Assembly (NCBI GenBank): GCA_951406725.2
Contig: OX597822.1
Location: forward strand, 83,700,001-83,764,000
From: Octopus vulgaris
Lineage: Eukaryota
Direction: 5' to 3'
Length of the DNA stretch: 64,000 nucleotides
Of the stretch, positions 54,028-64,000 are shown in pieces. The notes under the pieces are model-generated. The model made no database searches. It saw nothing but the letters and a program-made list of their open reading frames with translations, and had not been told where the DNA came from. Within the stretch, counting starts at the first letter, position 1; each line of letters starts with the position of its first letter. The position numbers and the translations under genes are program-made.

Positions 54028-55254
54028 CACACAGTCAGGCAGTCCGGCAGATTGAGGGAGAAGATATGAGCGACACACTAATGCACACAAAAATATCTTG
54101 AGTACTTTCGCAAAACAGAAAACTGTCGCGTTAAACCAATAAAGCAATCTACCCAGAAAAAAGTATATATGTTACGTGCTCTCAAGAACATATAGAGCTA
54201 GCAAGTTAATATGAAGTTAAACTCTAGAATATCATTCTTTGCACCACCTGTTGTAAGATACAGTGCTGAAAACCAAAGTGATATTCTGCAGTAGAAACAT
54301 TGCTATAAGGTAAGATCACACGTAAAACCTATTCTCACGTGTATCTCTTGCTGAGCAATTCATTTATTATTTCGCCGTATAAATTTGCTGTCGTAAACTA
54401 AATAAATTCAGCCTTTGCATAAGTACTTATTGGAGAGATTTTGGTGAAAATTAACTCGCTTAAGTAATTATGATGGATGGTATGGGAGGCTGATATCTAT
54501 AAAACAGTCAGTGTTAAACGAATTTGGTTAACTATATGCAGCAACCAGACATATATGCATGTATATTTGTGTATATGCTTAGTGGTATCTAGTCATATAT
54601 TCACGCACAAACACACATACATATATACACGCAGAACACACACGCGCGCGCATATGAGTGTGTGTGTTGTATAAGTTTTTGCAAAAATATTTCTGATACA
54701 GTCACAACATTCGAAGAAAGATTTTCTGCAGATAAAAATTATGATTTATTTATATTAAAAAAATGAGAATGACACGGACCTTTTCAAAGAAAGTTTTCGT
54801 ATCGTGTTTAAGCACTTTCGTTGTTAAATTTTACCAACACATTAGCTATGGGGTAATCCGTATAGAGTGGTATACATTTTTCAGTGTAATAACTATTCAA
54901 ATGGGATGTTTCTTTAAATGAAGTGTAGGTGGTAAAGGATAAAATCGAAATACTGGTGTGTAGCTGTGTAGAAATCGGTCATGACCGCTTCATTTCATTT
55001 AATTATGAGGATTTCCAAAATAGGAAGTGGCCTTTCATTCATTTCTATTGTGAACCAGATCTAATACTGAATGCTTTCCATTAATTTTAGGAATTGTTAA
55101 TGGTCTGCCTTACTGCTGTCCTAAAATATGCAGTAATCATCGAGGAATTTTTTCAGTGTCATTTTAAACGGAATTGAGATGTAATTTCAGAAAAGACAGA
55201 TTTTTGTTTTCTTCAAGTACCCAATTACTCGTGTTGCGGTCGTTGTTGCGAATT

Positions 55255-56048
55255 TGGTTTGCAATCCAGGAACAGGGGATTGCCAAAGAGTACCGGGTGA
55301 ATAAGAGAGACAGTGACGCTCCTGTAATCCCAATGTGCAACCGCATGTGTAGGCTATGTCATGTTTCTGTGGAAGACATCACGCATGTGATTAGCAGCTG
55401 TCCTAAATGGTCATCATTGTATTACCTCCCTATGCGGCAAGATGTTGTTGCTAAGACAATTTACAATGCCATTCGCAAAAAAGACTGTCCTGTAATAAAA
55501 TTAGAAAATCCCTCTGTTATAGAATACATTCAATTCATAAACAGCAACTCTAGGAATAGTGGTGGAATATTTCCATCAAAACGCCTTTCAAATGTAAACA
55601 TAACGCCGGATATTGTTGTTTGGGACAGAGGGGCAAAGGTATTTACCATCATAGAGGTTAGCTGCCCTGCAGATATAAATATCTCTGTGAAAATTAAAGA
55701 AAAAGAGGATATCTATGGACAATTGCTTCGATACCTCCAATTTCTCTATCCAGACTATGAATTCATATTCATACCAATAACAATTCGAGCACTAGGTTTT
55801 GTTAGTAAACGCTTAAAGGAGAATCTGGATAAACTGGGATTTTCAGGAAGTGAAATTGACCGGTTAATTCGTACAATACAAGTGCAGTCTGTTAGTGAAA
55901 CAGTAACAATGTGCAAGACTTTTCTCTAGTTCCAAATGTGAATGTGTCTCTGTTAACTACATTCCAAAGATGGATCCTTGTATCTTTGTTGGAAACCCGC
56001 TCCATCCTCAGTGGAAGATATGTAATAATTAAAAAAATACAGAAGATA
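55255..56048 (+). mobile_element. RLE LINE 3' part (zinc knuckle and RLE), ending in (TACA)n
   Basis: FAIQEQ, CRLCHVSVEDITHVISSC, PDIVVWD...IIEVSCPAD, KEKEDIY; stop at 55929. Confidence 0.9.
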
Positions 56049-56077
56049 TATACATACATACATACATACATACATAC

Positions 56078-56192
56078 AAAACTACCCTGTTAATGTTGTT
56101 GTAATTCCAATGAAGGAGCTTTGTATCTAGGTTAGAAACCGGCCCTTTCTCTATTGGCAAGAAATCTTGAAATAAAACCGAATAACGACATC
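56078..56192 (+). mobile_element. RLE LINE 3' UTR stub between (TACA)n tracts
   Basis: Matches 57880-57985. Confidence 0.8.
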
Positions 56193-56260
56193 CACAAATA
56201 CATATATACATACATACATACAAGAATACATACATACGAGAATACATACATACGAGAATG

Positions 56261-56291
<31 letters not shown>

Positions 56292-56409
56292 TCATACATA
56301 CATTCATACATACATACATACATACATACATACATACATACATACATACATACATACATACATACATACATACATACATACATACATACATACATACACA
56401 CATACATAT

Positions 56410-57985
56410 GCGACAAGTCGCGTATTTGGCGTGGGAGACTCTTTATAGAAAATACAATGAATACTCTCTCCAACTTTGGGGCCACGTCTATCAGCCTTGT
56501 TAAATAACTGGTTAATTTTCAGATGAATTAACTGAGGGAGCCTTTTATTCATGATCGTAATGATTCTCGACTGAAACTTGAATTTAGCATGCAGAGAGTT
56601 AATACAAACAACATGGCTGCACACAACATCAACCACAAGACAATCGAGGAACAGAACAAAAACAACAGCGCAACAGGTGTACAAATTCTTTCTAGCTGTA
56701 GTTAGAGAAGAAATTGTAACTACAAAACTCATTTCTCTTGGAGTTATGAATTGAATAATGGTCTATTTAACTGCTACGAAAAGCGAAGCAAATCCCCGCT
56801 GTTGGCTATATGAATCGATTGAAATCATATTGGGACGATCTGCATTCAGAATTAAATTGATCCCCAAATGCAGAAACACCCACAGTCTATCATGGATCAA
56901 TAGCCGGATTACTACCTCTCACTATGAAGGGCATGGGTTTGCAAATCAGGAACAGGGAATCAACCAAATACCTGATGCACAAAAGGGATAGAGAAGCGGA
57001 AAAAGCAGTAAAATGTGACAATTGATGCAGACTTTGTGGAGTTCACATTGAAGATATCATCTACATCATAAGCAGTTGTCCGAAAATGTCATCACGGTAT
57101 TATCTACCGATGAGATATGATATTGTAGCTAAGACACTCTAAGGACAAGAAATAAGAACCCACAATATAGTAGAATCCATAGCCAGTCATAATAAAGAGG
57201 AATATTGGTGGGATGTACCAGTAAATACCTCGATAACATGTAAGCACAACAGCCCTGATAGAATGATTTGGGATAGAGAAGAGAAACTGTGCACAGTTGT
57301 GGAAATTAACTGCCCAGCGGATGTTAACATAAAGCTGCAGATCAGTGAAAACGAGAACACCTATGCTGAACTATTGAGAAATCTGCAGTTACTGTATCCA
57401 CATTACAAGTCCAGGTTTATATCTGTAATTATTGGGGCCCTAAGATATGTAGCACACTGCCTAAATACCAATCTTGAGAAATAAGTTTTCTTAAAACCAG
57501 AAGAGAGAAAGCTAATTCGAAGACTACAGATCCAATCCATCACCGGAAGAGTAAAAATATGTTAAACTTTCCAAAAGTTTATCATTTAAATATACGTGAG
57601 CATGTCTAAATAAGCAACTATGTGTATGAGAATGTATACATCTGCTCATACATACACACATACATAGAAACATACATACATACACACATACATACACACA
57701 CACACACATACATACATACATGCATACATACATACATACATACATACATACATACATACATACATGCATACATGCATGCATGCATACATACATACATACA
57801 TACATACATACATACATACATACATACATACATACATACATACATACATACATACGTACATTCATACATACATACAAAAATACCCTGTTGTTGATATTGA
57901 AATTACAATGAAGTATCCTTGGATCTAGGTTAGAAACCGGCTTTTTCTATTGGCAAGAAATCTTGAAATCACTTGAATAATGACA
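56410..57985 (+). mobile_element. Internally deleted R4/Dong-like RLE LINE (N-terminus plus zinc knuckle/RLE, no RT), in (TACA)n
   Basis: N-terminal FSWSYELNNGLFNCYEK...GYMNRLKSYW joined near 56870 to SLSWINSRITTSHYEG...CRLCGVHIEDIIYIISSC...PD..IWD..VVEINCPAD. Confidence 0.8.
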
Positions 57986-58319
57986 TACATAGATAGACAC
58001 ATGAACACCAGGAGCACGTACATAGACACTATACGCATGCGTACGTTTGCACAATATCGTGCAGCATATTGCACAATATGTTTATTGCGCTCATATTCCT
58101 CTTAAGTGCAGCATCGGAACAGCTGCAGCATCGCAATTAATTGGTTCAGTATTTCAAAACTTAAAAAATATTGAACATTCTTCCTCAAAATGAAACGCCA
58201 AACTGCCACAGATGGCTACAATAAATTGGGCAATTAAAATATATCAATATTATTACTGAGATCATTATTATCATTATGATTGGTGTTGTTGGAAGAGGTG
58301 GTGTTGTTAATAATAATAA

Positions 58320-58771
58320 TTTCTTTATTGCCCCTTTATAAAGGGGGTAAACAAGGACAGACAAACGAATTAAGTCGATTACATCAACCCCAGTGCGTAA
58401 CTGGTACTTATTTAATCGGCCCCGAAAGGATGAAAGGCAAAGTCGACCTTGGTGGAATTTGAACTCAGAATATAGCAAGAGTCGAAATACCTATTTCTTT
58501 ACTACCCACAAGGGGCTAAATACAGAGGGGACAAACAAGGCCAACACACGGATTAAGTCGATTATATCACAGAGGGGAGAAACAAGGACAGACACACGGA
58601 TTAAGTCGATTATATCGACCCCAGTGCGTAACTGGTACTTATTTAATCGACCCCGAAAGGATGAAAGGCAAAGTCGACCTAGGCGGAATTTGAACTCAGA
58701 ACGCAACGGCAGAAGAAATACGGCTACGCATTTCGACCGGCGTGCTAACGTTTCTGCCAGCTCGCCGCCTT
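58320..58771 (-). mobile_element. SINE family-1 dimer (full unit plus headless unit, both tail A)
   Basis: Junction AAAGAAATAG|GTATTTCG at 58491/58490; internal ~46-bp tail duplication. Confidence 0.9.
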
Positions 58772-58781
58772 TAATAATAAT

Positions 58782-60379
<1,598 letters not shown>

Positions 60380-60386
60380 TAACAAC

Positions 60387-60932
60387 AGCCGGAAGTATAG
60401 ATACGAGGTAACGAGTGCTTGCTACCAACATACACTGGAAAAGGTACTGGACGAAAAGGGGAAGACAAAAATCCTCTGGGACTTTGACTTCGAAAAAGAC
60501 AAGATGTTAGGGCACCGAAGGCTGGATATGGTAACCTTTAGGAGGGACAAACAAGAGTGCCTAACAATCGACGTGGCAATGCCAGGAGATAACATGTTAC
60601 CATGAAAGAAAAAGAACAGATTGACAAATATGGATACCTGAGAATTGAGATCGCTACGATTTAGCAGCTACAAGAGTCAAACAAAGATTGTCCCTATTGT
60701 CATCGGAACATTGGGTTGAATTGCACCCAACCTGAAAAAACATATGGAAATCATAGAAATATCCTACAAGCAAGATGTATAGCAAAAATCGGCATTACTT
60801 GGAAATGCACGCATATTGCATAAAGTACTGTCTGTCTGAGATCCTTGTTGTGACTTTACAAACAGTACAAACACAGTAGACACAATATCTTCAATCAATA
60901 AAATCACGATATTGGATACTGTACGATGTCTA

Positions 60933-60935
<3 letters not shown>
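60387..60935 (+). mobile_element. R4/Dong-type LINE RLE fragment between (TAA)n tracts
   Basis: KILWDFDF...RRLDMV...TIDVAMPGD, KSALLGNARILHKVL*. Confidence 0.88.
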
Positions 60936-61687
<752 letters not shown>

Positions 61688-61719
61688 TATTGCTTCTTCT
61701 CCTGCTGCTGTTGTTGTTG

Positions 61720-62110
61720 TTGCTTTTCATATACGCACAACCTATTAAACTACTACAAGTAACCTCAGATGCCAAGAACCTTCCTAAGTATCCTAGCGGT
61801 CCTTAATAATACTATTTTCTGGAGCTGCATTAAACTAGTTTTCCCCTTATTTCCCCTATACGTTTGTTTAAATCTTTAGGAATACTTTGTAATGCATTTG
61901 TATCTGCGGGGATACATTTTACCCGCACTTTCCATAGTCTTTGTAACTCAATATCTAGGTCCTGGTACTTTGACATTTTCTCTGCACCTCTCTTATTGAC
62001 GTTTTCTTCATTTGAGACTGTAAAGTCAATTACATGGCACTTTCTCTTCCCTTCTACTAAATCAGTCTTTCTGACTTCTATTACTCTGTAAGTCTGAATG
62101 TTAAAATTTG
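61720..62110 (-). mobile_element. R4/Dong-type LINE RLE fragment
   Basis: FNIQTYRVIE...CHVIDFTV...EKMSKYQDLDIELQRLW...LQKIVLLRTARILRKVLGI*. Confidence 0.85.
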
Positions 62111-62639
62111 TCAAACAATTTGATATTAATCCATGCCTTGCTCTCATTTTTCTTCAATCTTTCGCAGTCTCGGATGTTCAGAAGCAAAACTGATGTGACT
62201 GATGGTGTGGGACACGATCCCATCTTTTTGTTCTTCCGGGAATATGGACCGTTTAAAGGCAAATTGCATTGAAGAGCTGGAGAATCGGAGTGGAGAAGGA
62301 TACAACAGGGAACAGTAGGCTTTAACCTGCTCTTCAGAGCAGCTCCAGGCACTTTTTATGAGAACATGGTCTCAGTAGCTTCACCAGTCGCACCACTGTC
62401 GACAGTAATAGAAAAGCCTGTCTCGCCCAGAAAAATGACAAACCCCTTTCCTGAGGTGTGAGGACTATTAAAATATATAATGTTTCTTACTTCGTCAGAT
62501 TTGCATTACTGAGGGATTTAGTTTACTCTTTCGAGTGATACTGTAAAGAATCACTTTGTTTTTATTCAGAATATATACAATATACAAGAGTCGGACGTTG
62601 AATGTGCAATATAGATGTTGCGTGCATTGTGTTATATTC

Positions 62640-63750
62640 ATAAAATAAGGCATCAATTATATAAAGCTGTACTGTGGTATCATATTGGGTGGAGGCTACA
62701 CAGAGGATGTGATGTGTCATATTGTTTAATCGTGACTCTGTAAATTGTGTAAGTTGTGTTATTTTATTGAACAAGATATGTCCTTTATGTAGAGAGTATT
62801 TGAGATGCACTATTCAATCGTAAGGTTCTGGCGTAGGATATGGGCTTTCAAAATCAGGTCTATTTTAGAAAACTGAGCTCCTGCCTGATTTATATAGTTT
62901 GCTATATTTGTTCTAACATAACTAAGACTCAAATCATTATTGATCCTGATCTCATGTTCATGTGTCACATCCTGTTAAATTCATTTTCTATTTCTTTGCA
63001 TTTTCATAGATTCTCCATTGTCTTCTAAGTAAAATTTCCATCGCAAAGTATGGCGATGTTCATTGGAAGAGAGAAATTTTCGTTTCACACCGTTTTTTGC
63101 TCTTAATTAATTGAATCTTTTATTCAAAGTAATTAGCTTCAAATTTATTCTTTATTATTACTTAATAAACATATAAACATACATAATAAATTATAATATA
63201 ACTAATATATATATACGTATATATATTATTTATATTATTATTTGATTGAACGGCACGCATCCATCTCCAAGTAAGTATATAATAAATATATTTGTTACAT
63301 ATAATATATAAACACATATAATAAATATATAATAAACATATACGCATGTAATAAATATTTAGATATATTCTCTTTTTATGTTTATTGCATTAATCATTTT
63401 CTGTTTGGTTACCGCCAAGTAATTTTCTACCCTTTTCATGGTATTTTGTATCAGATCTTGAGAGGAGTTTATGTATTTTATTTATATCATCTTTCAAGTA
63501 ATGGCTTTAGGTTATGATTTGTAGCTTTTCGTTTCTATGTAATCTTCTCAATGTACTCCAAGATTATTATGATGACGCTGTAAAAGCATAACTAAGACGG
63601 CTTATGTGTCTTATCTTGTATCGCGTTCTGAGTTCAGTTTTTAATATTCGCTTTACTCTGCGCTAGCAAATTTTCTCTTTCATTTATATTCGCTGTATCA
63701 TGTACTACTATTACAATTATTAATGATTAGGATCTAATTCTCTAATTTCG
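62640..63750 (-). mobile_element. Old, fragmented R4/Dong-type LINE
   Basis: MKEKIC*RRVKRILKTEL (about 63620-63683) and KEIENEFNRM...AHILRQNLTIE (about 62810-63000). Confidence 0.5.
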
Positions 63751-64000
63751 GTGCCTCTAATTTAATCTTCTCTGTGTTAGTTATTTTTTCTCTTCTTCTG
63801 TCATAATATTGTCATATTTTCTACGCCTTTACTCATTTTCATTGTTTCAGTTTACGAACAATTTTAGCAGGTTTGTCATTTGGGTATTTTCTCTTCTCTA
63901 TAGTTTATCGATATTGATATAAAGGAAATAATATATAGTATGTCTGTATTACCATTTGTGGCTTCATTTATTTGATTTGCGAATAGCGTCAGAGCTACGC

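Noticed and set aside
55055-55064. CCAGATCTAA (miR-750 5' end), and TGAGATCATT (bantam 5' end) near 58257
   Set aside because: Matches stop after 10 nt and there is no precursor hairpin.
55174-55929. 251-aa ORF as a host or domesticated gene
   Set aside because: It is a 5'-truncated RLE LINE C-terminus with an apparently frameshift-garbled middle segment and a retroelement 3' UTR.

Overview
Eukaryotic, AT-rich and extremely microsatellite-dense DNA. The SINE families and repeat landscape look like an Octopus (cephalopod) genome, which is my inference. I find no confident host protein-coding exon, rRNA, functional tRNA or CRISPR array. Nearly all ORFs in the supplied track are translations of simple repeats, and the rest are decayed retroelement ORFs. 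The window contains (i) a 5'-truncated Tx1/L1-clade LINE inside (GATA)n, (ii) about a dozen R4/Dong-type restriction-like-endonuclease (RLE) LINE fragments associated with (TAA)n or (TACA)n, one of them an RT-less internal-deletion derivative, (iii) two RTE LINE relics, (iv) several Penelope-like (GIY-YIG) relics and short pseudo-LTR-like elements next to (TA)n/(CA)n, (v) about 25 tRNA-derived SINE copies or fragments, and (vi) a pogo/Tigger-like MITE and fold-back hairpins. Three signals stand out. First, several short elements carry minimal hammerhead-ribozyme motifs, including a ~740-bp palindromic element with two hammerheads whose core is a compensatory U3-A8 variant. Second, one Penelope 3' region couples a tRNA-like Pol III promoter to a hammerhead. 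Third, a SINE has a 3' tail matching the Tx1 LINE 3' end and recurrently joins to one fixed site in its own head. All coordinates and alignments were read by eye, so edges are approximate.
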